Below are positions 36,878-48,400 of a stretch of DNA of 64,000 nucleotides, one piece after another (positions within the stretch are counted from its first letter, which is position 1; each line of letters starts with the position of its first letter). A program made the position numbers and the translations under genes. Origin of the DNA: Hemiscyllium ocellatum (Eukaryota); NCBI RefSeq assembly GCF_020745735.1, contig NC_083446.1, positions 5,518,001 through 5,582,000 on the forward strand, written 5' to 3'. Below the pieces are notes generated by a model. That model was not told the DNA's origin, searched no databases, and saw nothing but the letters and a program-made list of their open reading frames with translations.

Positions 36878-38489
36878 GTGTGTGGTGTGTGGTGTGTGGT
36901 GGGGGGGGGGGTGGAGTTGAGTGTCTGTGAGAGGGTGTGTGTGTGAGTGTATGAGAGAGCGTATGAGAAAGGGTCTGAGTGTGTGAGTGTATGTGTGTTT
37001 ATGAGTGTCTGTCTGTGTGTGTGTGTTTAGGAGGGTCTGTCTGTGTGTGTGTTTAGGAGGGTCTGTCTGTGTGTGTGTCCGTCTGTGTGTGTGTGTTCGT
37101 CTGTGTATGTGTGTGTTTAGGAGGGTCTGTCTGTCTATGTGTGCCTGTCTGTGTGTGTGTGTGTTTAGGAGGGTCTGTCTGTCTGTGTGCGCCCGTCAGT
37201 GTGTGTGTGTGTTTAGGAGGGTCTGTCTGTCTATGTGTGCCTGTCTATGTGTGTGTGTGTGTGTGTGTGTGTTTAGGAGGGTTTGTCTGTCTGTGTGTGC
37301 CCGTCTGTGTGTGTATATATGTGTGTTTAGGAGGGTCTGTCTGTCTGTGTGTGCCTGTCTGTGTGTGTTTACTGCGATGGGGTGTGATATGAACCCAAGG
37401 TCCAGGTTGAGGCCATCCCCATGGGGATTGAACTTGGCTATCAGCCTCTGCTCAGCCACTTTTCGCTGCTGCCTGTCCCGAAGTCCTTGGAGGACGGTCA
37501 CCCGAAGGTCCGAGGTCAAAAGTCCCGGACTGCTGAAGTGTTCTCCAACTGGGAGGGAACACCCCTGTCTGGTGATTGTTCTGCCTCAGGGCATCCTTGC
37601 CTGCAGTGTATGAGATAGATAACGTTGGCTGAGTCACATGAGTACCTCCCACGTACACGGTGGGACGTGATGCCGTACACAATGGTGGTATCTATGCCGA
37701 CACTCTGACACGTCTTGCAGCGCCCACCCTGACAGGGTTGTATGAAGTTGTCCTGACAGCCGGAGCTGGGCAGTTTGCTACAAACAATGATCTGTTTGAG
37801 GTTTGATGGTTGTTTAAAGGCAAGTAGTGGAGGTGTGGGGAAGGTCTTGGTGAGGAGCTAATCCTCGTCGATGACGTGTTGCAGGCTGCACAGAACATGA
37901 GAAGTACTGGACAATGAAGGACACACACAGACAGACATACACACACTCAGACCCTCACACATACACCCTCTCAGACTTACACTCACACTCACCTTCTCAT
38001 AGACATTCAAATCCCCCGCCAAACACACACAGATATAAGTTTGTGGGGTGAATCTGTACTTGCAGAATTACATTTTACTTTGTACAAAAACTGCATGAAT
38101 CCGTGTGTGATTCTGTAAAGCCATTTTTTAGATTAGAACCAGTCTGACCATTGGGGCACAGACAGCCTCACACAGGGCAGCCCACACCTTCAATACATTA
38201 TCTGGGCCGACACGACACCAATTGTTAAAGTGCACTTGAGAACGTTACTTTTAAAAAAATGTTTTGCAATTTACACATGAAAGAACTGAAACCAACGTGG
38301 TCATTCTAAAAGATGAGAGACTTAACAAACAATCCAGGTCTTTTTCAAGACATAATTTCAGTTACATCACACTGTAAATGCTATAATTTCTGACTTACAA
38401 TCTTATTCACCTGAAAAAGGAGCAGCGTTCCGAAAGCTAGTTTTTCCAAAACCTGTTGGGACTATAATCTGGTGTTGTGAGATTTTTAA
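36421..38489 (-). mobile_element. Penelope-like element (family C) with ~0.35-kb inverted termini, internal GT-rich repeats and a GIY-YIG remnant
   Basis: About 36460-36830 is inverted at about 38035-38489; peptides PTVYVGGT and [35 protein letters not shown]; direct repeat cttcctgtaa (36411-36420 and 38490-38499) splitting a CR1 fragment; hammerhead-like motif at about 36515-36550 (-). Confidence 0.75.
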
Positions 38490-38603
38490 CTTCCTGTAAT
38501 GGGGAGACCAGAACTGAACACAGTATTCCACAAGGGGCCTCACCAATGTCCTGTACAACCCCAACATGATGTCCCAACTCCTGTACTCAATCTGATCAGA
38601 GAG

Positions 38604-38912
38604 ATTAGATTCCCTACAGTGTGGAAACAGGCCCTTCAGCCCAACAAGTCCACACCGACCCTCCGAAGAGCAACCCACCCAGACCCATTCCCCTCTGACT
38701 AATGCACCTAACACTATGGGCAATTTAGTATGGCCAATTCACCCTAACCTGCACATCTTTGGACTGTGGGAGGAAACCGGAGCACCCGGAGGAAACCCAC
38801 ACAGACACGGGGAGAATGTGTGTGGAGTTTGCACAGTCGCCTGAGGTAGGACTCGAACCCGGGTCCCTGGCGCTGTGAGGCAGCAGCGCTAACCACTGAG
38901 CCACCATGCCAC
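38604..38912 (-). mobile_element. HE1-type V-SINE
   Basis: Complete head, core and tail. Confidence 0.85.
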
Positions 38913-40076
38913 CCCGAGAGATTTAAACAATCTATCTTGTAAATCCTGCTATGGCAGGAGGGAGAATTCATATTCAGCTAATCCATCTAGAATGGAAAGC
39001 TACTCAATGATGGTAACCTTCAGACCATTACTGATTGCCATTAAAAAGCCCCTCTGATCTATTCGTGTCGTTTAAGGGAATCTGTCCTCCTTACCTGGTC
39101 TGGCCCGACACGATTGCCGGATATAAAAGGTTTGAGTTATAAAACAAAAGGCTGGTACTTTGTTCACTGCAGCGTAGTAGGTTGAGACGTGACCTTATAG
39201 AGGTTTATAAAATCATGAGGGGTATAGATATGGTGATGTGGAGATGCCGGTATTGGACTGAGGTATACAAAGTTAAAAATCACACAACAGCAGATTACAG
39301 TCGAACAAATAAAGCTGTTGGACTATAACCTGGTGTTGTGTGATTTGTAACGATGTCGTTATGATGTTTGGTATTCGTTGTTTACCTGGGGGAGAGGGGA
39401 TACCAAGACTAAGTAGCATAATTGTAATGTGAGAAGAGAGAGTTAAAAAAGACACTGGGGGCAATTTGTTTTTTTCACAGAGGGTGGTTGGTGGGTGGAA
39501 TGCACTTCCTGAGGAAGTGGCGGATGTGGGTTCAGCTACAACGTTTAAAACACACCTGTTTAAGTACGCGTTTGGGAAAGGTTTAGAGGGGGTAGGGGCC
39601 AGGAGCAGGCAGGTGTGGGAGGAGTTTAGTTTGGGATTATGGTTGGCACGGACTGGTTGGGCCGAAGGATCTGTTTCCGTGCTGCAGGACTTTGTAACTT
39701 TAATCAAAGGTCTGGGCAACCAAGGCATCTGTGCTAATCGCCCTCTTTACCACCCTGTGACACAAAATTCAACGAATTATGAGTCAGTGAGTCTTGGCAG
39801 GGGCGTTGGTCAGCAGGATTTAGGAGAATTGACGAAGGGGGTTGGAATTTTTGACACTGTGGGTTGTTGTGATGTGAAACAGGAGCTAAGTTTGGGGTCA
39901 GGGACTGGGAAAGGGATACCCTGGAGGCGTTGGTAACTGTGATGTGCTTCTGGGCACCAGGAATGAGAGGATCCGGAAGGTTAAAAAGTGACCGTACACA
40001 GCTACTAGCCTCTGCTGTCCCCTGAGTATGTGCACATCTCTCTCTCTCTGTTGCAGACCGCCCTGCCATCTGCCCA

Positions 40077-40205
40077 ATGGCCAACACGACCTCACAGAAG
40101 CACAAGAACTTTGTGGTGGAGCCCATGAAGGAGAAGTCTGTGAAAGAGCTGGCGGGAATCGGCCTAGTCCTGGGAGGACGGTTAGAGGAGAAAGGCTTCA
40201 CCAAG
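40077..40205 (+). CDS. BANF1-like paralogue coding exon 1 ([43 protein letters not shown]), 129 nt
   Basis: Translated by hand (missing from the ORF track); ttgcag acceptor at 40056, ATG in caATGG context, AAG|gtgagg donor at the same codon position as in BANF1. Confidence 0.93.
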
Positions 40206-40737
40206 GTGAGGGCTCAGTTACTCACCAAGTCCGACGCACTTGCACAGGGAGGATAGGGGCGAGAACGGAGGAGCTGTGTACACAGAAGCAGGACAAAGCT
40301 GTTCTGCCTCTTGAGCCTGCCTTGCCCCCCTCCCCCGAATGAGCGGGAGGTGAGCGTTAAAGTAGGAGGTGGAATTTACCACAGTGCCTCAGTGAGACTG
40401 CAGGTAAAACTACTGCTGCAGTCCCAACGTCCTCTGGGATATCAGCAGACTATTTGTGCGGGGGGGGGGTCAGGGGTTCCCTCTCACATCAGAGAGANNN
40501 NNNNNNNNNNNNNNNNNNNNNNNNNNNNNNNNNNNNNNNNNNNNNNNNNNNNNNNNNNNNNNNNNNNNNNNNNNNNNNNNNNNNNNNNNNNNNNNNNNNN
40601 NNNNNNNNNNNNNNNNNNNNNNNNNNAGAGACTGTGTGTGAGAGAGAGAGACTGTGTGAGAGAGAGAGAGAGAGAGACTGAGAGAGAGACAGTGTGTGAG
40701 AGAGAGTAAGAGACAGTGTGTGAGAGAGAGAGAAAGA

Positions 40738-40773
<36 letters not shown>

Positions 40774-41854
40774 GCACGCGAGAGGGAATAAGAGAGCAGT
40801 GTATATGTGTGAGAGAGAATGCCAGTGTGAGTGAGCCAGAGTGAGAATGAGCATGAGAGAGAGAGAGACTGACGATCTCTAACCTCAAGTAATGCTCTTG
40901 GCCAACAAAGCATCAAATCCCACCAGGGGCAGATGACAAAACTTGAATTCTGTACAAATCTGAAATTTCTTTAATAATCAAAAAAGCTCTGAGCCAATTG
41001 AGTTGAATCTTTCTCAACCAATTCCAGCCCAATAGGCTTGGGGTCCGCGCCTCATACCACCATCAGTGGGAACTGCACCGACTGCATTTCACAAGAGACT
41101 GGAACTGAAGTTGTCGCCTTAATTAATGTGGGCGTGCACAGTACATTGGGTTGTGGTCAGCCAACTCAGACTCAGGCCCTGAAACTGAGGAGACTGTGAA
41201 TCCCCTGGTGAAGGTTTCATTTTCAATGACAGGACTTGGATTTTCAAAATCAAAAGCCTCCTCTGAACGCCGACTATCGATTCCCCATGGCGAAGGTTCC
41301 ATCTGGTTCACTCTGAGGGAGGGTAAACCGCCCCCTTTACCCAGTCTGGGCCTACAGCGACTCCAGACCCTGACGGCGATGTGGTTGGAAGCTGGAGTGC
41401 CCTCTGGAGCGCCAATTGGGCAGGGGGCAATGGATGCCACCTTGCCCGTGATACCCACACACTATGCAAATGAAAATACAGGGAGGCAATAGCCTAGCGG
41501 TGTTATCGCTGGATTGTTATCCCAGAGAGCTGAGTGATGCTTTGGCATTATGGCAGGCGATGGAATCTGAATGCAATACAAATCTGGAATTGAGAGTCTA
41601 ATGATGACCATTGTTAACTTTTGGGAAAAACCCATTTGGTTCACTAATGTCCTTTAGGGAAGGAATCTACCATCCTTAACTGGTCTGGGCCTACACGTGA
41701 CTCCTGACCCACAGTAACTCTTACTGCCCTCCGGGAAATGAGGGATGGGGCGACGCTCTCATTCCGTGAATGAATTTTTTTTGTTTAAATCAACGCTGAC
41801 CCGCGACAGGATGCCATGTGTTTTAACCCCTGTTCTTTTCCTACACTTGTTTAG

Positions 41855-42001
41855 GCTAAAGATGTGTTGGGTCAGTTTCTGCTTCTGAAACAAGACAAAG
41901 TGGCCTTCAAGTCCTGGATGAGGCAAGTGTGCTTCGCGGGGAACAGGCAATCAGAAGACTGTTATCGCTGTCTCAGGGAGTGGTGTGATGCTTTCCTGTG
42001 A
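41855..42001 (+). CDS. BANF1-like paralogue coding exon 2 ([48 protein letters not shown]); protein 91 aa
   Basis: Polypyrimidine tract plus tttag acceptor; 147 nt, the same length as BANF1 exon 2; no frameshift or premature stop; TGA at 41999-42001. Confidence 0.93.
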   Translation, partial: AKDVLGQFLLLKQDKVAFKSWMRQVCFAGNRQSEDCYRCLREWCDAFL

Positions 42002-42150
42002 ACCTTCCTCTGCCCCTTCCCCTCCAGCTCCTGCGTAGATGACAGTAATGATCACCTCAAAGAAACCTTAATTGCTATTTATTGATTGTTCACAGCCCCA
42101 GGTCACCGGGGCTTTTCCAGATTTTATACGGTTTTGAAAACTGATTTTTT

Positions 42151-42156
42151 AATAAA
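42151..42156 (+). terminator. Polyadenylation signal of the BANF1-like paralogue
   Basis: AATAAA 150 nt after the stop, preceded by a T-rich stretch. Confidence 0.65.
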
Positions 42157-42261
42157 ACAAGCTCACTTTGCCATCGGGTCTGTTTCCAAGACGACTGACC
42201 ACGGACTGCACCTTGGCGTTTTGCCAACAAAACGTGGCCGCCCGTCTCGGTAGAGTCAGAG

Positions 42262-42872
42262 AATCGCTGCGGTGTGGAAACCAGGCCCTAACAGGTCCAC
42301 ACCAACCCTCCGAAGAGTAACCAACCCAGACCCATTCCCCTACCGTACAATCCTATATTTACCTCTCACGAGTGCACTCAACACGATGGGACAATTTAGC
42401 ACGGCCAATCCACCCTAACCTGCACATCCCTGGGCACTATGGGACAATTTAGCACGGCCAATCCACCCTAACCTGCACATCCCTGGGCACTATGGGACAA
42501 TTTAGCACGACCAATCCACCCTAACCTGCACATCCCTGGGCACTATGGGACAATTTAGCACGGCCAATCCACCCTAACCTGCACATCCCTGGGCACTATG
42601 GGACAATTTAGCACGGCCAATCCACCCTAACCTGCACATCCCTGGGCACTATGGGACAATTTAGCACAGCCAATCCACCCTAACCTGCACATCCCTGTGC
42701 ATTGTGGGACAATTTAGCATGGCCAATCCACCCAAACCTGCACATCTTTGGATTGTGGGAGGAAACTCGTGCAGAATTGTGTAAACCCTACACAGACCTC
42801 TCACCAGAGGCTGGAATTGAAGCTGGGTCCCTAGCACTGCGAGGCAGCAGTGCTAACCACTGAGCCACCGTG
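42262..42872 (-). mobile_element. V-SINE with 6-7 copies of the 53-bp internal unit
   Basis: Tail at 42262-42385, tandem units at 42385-42750, head to 42872. Confidence 0.85.
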
Positions 42873-43419
42873 CTAATCCTAGCCTTTCGTTATAAGTTAA
42901 ACCTTCTACAAACTGGAGGAACGCGCTTTAGAAATACCCGAGAGACTCTCCTATTGACAGTCTCCCAGGTCACCACAAGCACTATGATGCATTACATGAA
43001 CTGCGGGGTTAGAACTGATGGGCAAGGCTGGTACAAATTGGGGCTGTTTCCACCGGCAAGTGGCACTGGGGAGGATAAAGATCTTTAAAAGTTGTCGCTT
43101 CAGTACGACAGCTGGAGAGGACATTCCCACTTGCGAGTGAGGGACCAACCTGGTGTCATCGACGTAAACCTTCAACTTCATTTACCATTCGGAATTTCAG
43201 AAGGAGATTGGTTGATTGGACATAACAAGGACTAGTCGAGGTGAGTGGTATTTCACAAGATAAGTGACAAAGGAGATAGAAAATAAGAGAATTGGGTGTT
43301 GCTGAGATGGAGAGCTGTGGGCTCGGGTGGAATAAACAGTTGCTCAACTTCTTGTGAAAATCTTGCATAATTTCAACATGTGAACAAGACTTTGCAATCA
43401 CTCCATATTAGACAACATA

Positions 43420-44095
43420 AAGCTCCCTCTGCTCCTAATACTGAAAGTAAAGCCACCTCTATTTTTTTTTTAAAAACAGAAATTAAAGCTCCCTCAACAC
43501 TGTCACCATTAAATACTCTCAGGAAAGGATAGCGCCTGGTTAGGTACAGAGTTAAGCTTCCTATAATCTTGATCTAAAATTAAAGATTCCTCTACTCTTT
43601 TTAAACACTTAAGTTTGCTTACAGTGTATTGCCCTTGATGCTGCCCTCTGGAACACTCCCAGGTTAACGACAGCATGTGGTTAGACAGTGTTAAGCTTTC
43701 TGTACTCTTTTGAACTAAAGGCAAGCCTCCTCTAAACTATCAAATACTCTCAAGACAGGTAAAGCATGGGGTTAGAGTAAAGCTGCCTCTATTCTCTTCA
43801 ACTAAAATTAAATCTCCCTCATCAAAGTCATCATTTTAAGAACTCCCAGGCCAAGAACAGCACAGGGTTAGAAAGAGTATACCTTCCTCTACTCATTTCA
43901 ATTAAAACTCTCGATACTCTCAAACAGATAGGGAATGTCGTCAATTCTTTAACTGAAAGTACCCCTCCGCACTGTCACCATTTAAAAACTCCCCAGCAGG
44001 GGCAGCACATGGTTAGGTAAAGCTTCCTGGACCATCAAACTACGAGTCTCTCTACGCTGTCCCCATCAAACTCTCCCCGAACAGGTATGACACAC
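43420..44095. repeat. Highly degenerate 70-bp minisatellite relic
   Basis: Recurrent taaagctccctc, acactcccagg and ggttaga fragments. Confidence 0.6.
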
Positions 44096-44157
44096 AGGGA
44101 AGAGCAGCACAGAGACACCACAAGAGGCGAAAGTGCATTTGATAATACTGATGTAAA

Positions 44158-44163
44158 TTTATT
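44158..44163 (-). terminator. Polyadenylation signal of the cystatin gene
   Basis: tttatt on + (AATAAA on -) about 410 nt after the stop. Confidence 0.6.
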
Positions 44164-44570
44164 CAGGAAATGAATAGACATGATAGTAGTCTGCTTACAG
44201 CTGGTTAGCTACTGAGCAAGCAGCAAGTGGAAGGTGCACTGAGCTCCAATGGAGACTCAGACTGCCCAAGGTAAACGCAGTGCTCACGCTGTTAGGTCAG
44301 GGTTTACTTGAGCACTGCTCAGACAGCCCCAAACAAAGCTAGAACAGTCAAATTAGCCGCCACGTGTAGGTTAGTTGCAGCAGTGGTTCTCATGAATGAG
44401 GTAGAAGTGCCCACTGTCACAGGGTGTTTTGTCCAGATGCAGGGTGACGCATCGGGACGTTCACATGTATCACAGCGGCACTCTTGACTCAGTTCTGAGA
44501 TGGCGATTTCTTACTAACGCGTTTTGTGAAGCATCCTCCTCGTCTGGCGAACACAGCTACGAAGTGACGT

Positions 44571-44651
44571 TCAAAGTACACATTGCATGTTTGATACCTG
44601 CCTCTCAGGAACCCATGGCCGATCCCAGATTTCGAATGTGCAGACCTGCAT
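44571..44651 (-). CDS. CST6: Cystatin (E/M-like) exon 3 (MQVCTFEIWDRPWVPERQVSNMQCVL*)
   Basis: ttctttcag acceptor (a second in-frame cag lies 6 nt downstream); PW second-hairpin motif and the second disulfide Cys pair; TGA at 44573-44571. Confidence 0.85.
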   Translation of the reverse strand: MQVCTFEIWDRPWVPERQVSNMQCVL

Positions 44652-44888
44652 CTGAAAGAATAAAAATCAGCGCTGGTAACTAAGCCCACAGTTACTCAAT
44701 ACGTGGGACCACCCAATACCAATCATGCCCATTCCACCTGTACTTCCAAATGTACACGATTACCCGGGGAGAGTCGTGCTTCTCCACCCTCGGCTCACAG
44801 CCCTCAATGTTGTGACACTTAGGGCCGTTTGTCTGAGGAGGGTTGGGAGGGTTCTCTCCGATCTCCTGTCACTGCAGATTTCTCTCAC

Positions 44889-45011
44889 CTTGCTAGCCTG
44901 CAGCCCAGGCTGGAAGCTGCACCTCTCAAGGTCGACGTTCCGTTCTGCCGATTTCCTGCAGGTGGTCTTGCCCAGTTGCATCTTCACCTGGTACATCATC
45001 CCCTGCACCAC
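44889..45011 (-). CDS. CST6: Cystatin (E/M-like) exon 2 (VVQGMMYQVKMQLGKTTCRKSAERNVDLERCSFQPGLQASK)
   Basis: Completes the QxVxG motif (Q|VVQG) across a phase-0 intron, as in type-2 cystatins; TTCRK...VDLxxC resembles the cystatin E/M insertion region; ttgcag acceptor and AAG|gtgaga donor. Confidence 0.88.
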
Positions 45012-45489
45012 CTGCAAAGACAACATCCCAACTTGCCGTCAGTTTGGTGCTGAAGACACAGCAAGCAATCTCGGTTACATTAGATTCCCTACAGTGTGGA
45101 AACGGGTCCTTCGGTCCAACCAGTCCACACTGACCCTCCAAAGAAGCCTCCTTACCTTTAAAGGTCCGTTACCTACCTCCCATTCTAGAGCAATACACTG
45201 ATCCAATAGAGCCCTGATTAAATTTACAGCAACTCAGGCTTCAAAGCCAGGCAGAGGCTGTCCTCTCTGGTGTTAAACTTCCTGTTTCTAGGTCTCCCTG
45301 GGTTCTCCTAACGTCCCCCTGACGACACCCCCAGTCTCCCAGCCACCAACACTCCCCACCCCAAAAAACGCGCCCTCTACCACTCCACAGTGTGCCCCAC
45401 CCCCTCCACTCTCCCCTACCTCCAGAGTGATCCCCCACCCCCACCTTCTGTCCACCCCTCTCTTCCCCTCCACCCCATCGCCCCCAGCA

Positions 45490-48400
45490 CCCCAGTCCGC
45501 ACCAATCGCCTCCCCCCAGTCTGCACGAACCTCACACCCCCTAGTCTGCACCACCCCACCTCTCCCCTCCCCCAGTCTGCACCACCCCCTCCCCTTCCCC
45601 CCCAGTCTGCACCACCCCCTCCCCTCCCCCAGTCTGCACCAACAACCCCTCCCCCAGTCTGCACCAACCCCCACCCCTTCCCCCCCCAGTCTGCACCACC
45701 CCCTCCCCGCCCCCAGTCTGCACCAACAACCCCCAGTCTGCACCACCCCCTCCCCTCCCCCAGTCTGCACCACCCCCTCCCCTCCCCTCGTCTGCACCAA
45801 CATCCCCCAGTCTGCACCACCCCCTCCCCTCCCCCAGTCTGCACCACCCCCTCCCCTCACCCCCCCAGTCTGCACCAACATCCCCCAGTCTGCACCACCC
45901 CCTCCCCTAGTCTGCACCAACAACCTCCAGTCTGCACCACCCCCTCCCCTCCCCTAGTCTGCACCTCCCCTCCCCTCGTCTGCACCTCCCCTCCCCCAGT
46001 CTGCACCACCCCCTCCCCTTCCCCCCCCAGTCTGCACCAACATCCCCCAGTCTGCACCAGCCCCTCCCCTTCCCCCCATCTGCACCACCCCCTCTCCGTG
46101 CCACCCCCCCAGTCTGCACCACCCCCTCCCCTCCACCCCCCAGTCTGCACCACCCCCTCCCCTGCCCCAGTCTGCACCACCCCCTCCCCCAATTTACACC
46201 TCCCCTTCCCCTCCCCAGTCTGCACCTCCCCTCCCCTTCCCCCTCCCGTCCCCCCCCAGTCTGCACCACCCCCACCCCTTCCCCCCTCCCCAGTCTGCAC
46301 CTCCCCTCCCCTTCCCCCCCACCCCACAGTCTGCACCTCCCCTCCCCTTCCCCCTCCCCAGTCTGCACCACCCCCTCCCCTTCCCCCCCCAGTCTGCACC
46401 CTCCCCTCCCCTCAGTCTGCACCATCCCCTCCCCTTCCCCCCTCCCCAGTCTGCACCTCCCCTCCCCCCCCAGTCTGCACCCTCCCCTTCCCCCCCCCAG
46501 TCTGCACCCTCCCCTTCCCCCCCCCAGTCTGCACCTCCCCTCCCCCCCCAGTCTGCACCCTCCCCTTCCCCCCCCCAGTCTGCACCCTCCCCTTCCCCCC
46601 CCCAGTCTGCACCCTCCCCTTCCCCCCCCCAGTCTGCACCTCCCCTCCCCTCCCCCCAGTCTGCACCTCCCCTCCCCTCCCCCCAGTCTGCACCTCCCCT
46701 CCCCTCCCCCCAGTCTGCACCTCCCCTCCCCTCCCCCCAGTCTGCACCTCCCCTCCCCTCCCCCCAGTCTGCACCACCCCCTCCCCCCAGTCTGCACCTC
46801 CCCTTCCCCCCAGTCTGCACCTCCCCTCCCCTTCCCCCCCAAGTCTGCACCTCCCCTCCCCTCCCCCCCCAACTCTGCACCTCCCCTTCCCCCCCCAGTC
46901 TGCACCTCCCCTCCCCTTCCCCTCCCCAGTCTGCACCCTCCCCTCAGTCTGCACCACCCCCTCCCCTCCCCCCCAGTCTGCACCTCCCCCCCCAACTCTG
47001 CACCTCCCCTTCCCCCCCCAACTCTGCACCTCCCCTTCCCCCCCCAGTCTGCACCTCCCCTCCCCTTCCCCTCCCCAGTCTGCACCCTCCCCTCAGTCTG
47101 CACCACCCCCTCCCCTCCCCCCCAGTCTGCACCTCCCCTCCCCTCAGTCTGCACCACCCCCTCCCCTCCCCCCCAAGTCTGCACCTCCCCTCCCCTTCCC
47201 CCCCCAGTCTGCACCTCCCCTCCCCTTCCCCCCCCAGTCTGCACCTCCCCTCCCCTCCCCCCCCCAGTCTGCACCTCCCCTCCCCTCCCCCCCCAGTCTG
47301 CACCTCCCCTCCCCCCTCCCCCCCGTCTGCACCCTCCCCTCCCCCCCCCCCCCGTCTGCACCCTCCCCTCCCCCCCACCAAGTCTGCACCTCCCCTCCCC
47401 TTCCCCCCCCAGTCTGCACCTCCCCTCCCCTTCCCCCCCCAACTCTGCACCTCCCCTCCCCTTCCCCCACCAACTCTGCACCTCCCCTCCCCTCCCAACT
47501 CTGCACCTCCCCTCCCCCCCCAGTCTGCACCCTCCCCTCCCCTCCCCACCCCAAGTCTGCACCTCCCCTCCCCTTCCCCCCCCAACTCTGCACCTCCCCT
47601 CCCCTTCCCCCCCCAACTCTGCACCTCCCCTCCCCTTCCCCCCCAACTCTGCACCTCCCCTCCCCTTCCCCTCCCCAGTCTGCACCCTCCCCTCAGTCTG
47701 CACCACCCCCTCCCCTCCCCTTCCCCCCCCAGTCTGCACCTCCCCTCCCCCCCGTCTGCACCCTCCCCTCCCCCCCCCAAGTCTGCACCTCCCCTCCCCT
47801 TCCCCCCCCAGTCTGCACCTCCCCTCCCCTTCCCCCAACTCTGCACCTCCCCTCCCCTCCCCCCCCCAACTCTGCACCTCCCCTCCCCTCCCCCCCCCAA
47901 CTCTGCACCTCCCCTCCCCTCCCAACTCTGCACCTCCCCTCCCCCCCCAGTCTGCACCCTCCCCTCCCCACCCCAAGTCTGCACCTCCCCTCCCCTTCCC
48001 CCCCCAACTCTGCACCTCCCCTCCCCTTCCCCCCCCAACTCTGCACCTCCCCTCCCCTTCCCCCCCCAACTCTGCACCTCCCCTCCCCTTCCCCCCCCAA
48101 CTCTGCACCTCCCCTCCCCTTCCCCTTCCCCTCCCCAGTCTGCACCCTCCCCTCAGTCTGCACCACCCCCTCCCCTCCCCTTCCCCCCCCAGTCTGCACC
48201 TCCCCTCCCCCCTCCCCCCCGTCTGCACCCTCCCCTCCCCCCCCCCAAGTCTGCACCTCCCCTCCCCTTCCCCCCCCAGTCTGCACCTCCCCTCCCCTTC
48301 CCCCCCCAGTCTGCACCTCCCCTCCCCTTCCCCCAACTCTGCACCTCCCCTCCCCTTCCCCCCCCAACTCTGCACCTCCCCTCCCCTTCCCCCCCCAACT

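Noticed and set aside
37005-37613. Cys/Val-rich ORFs (also those at 33.9-34.5 kb and 40.5-40.9 kb)
   Set aside because: Translations of GT, GACA and GA microsatellites.
40077-42001. Calling the second BAF gene BANF2 or a processed pseudogene
   Set aside because: It retains the intron and an intact frame, and its TTSQKH, LAGIG and WCDAFL motifs are BANF1-like rather than BAF-L-like; left without a symbol.
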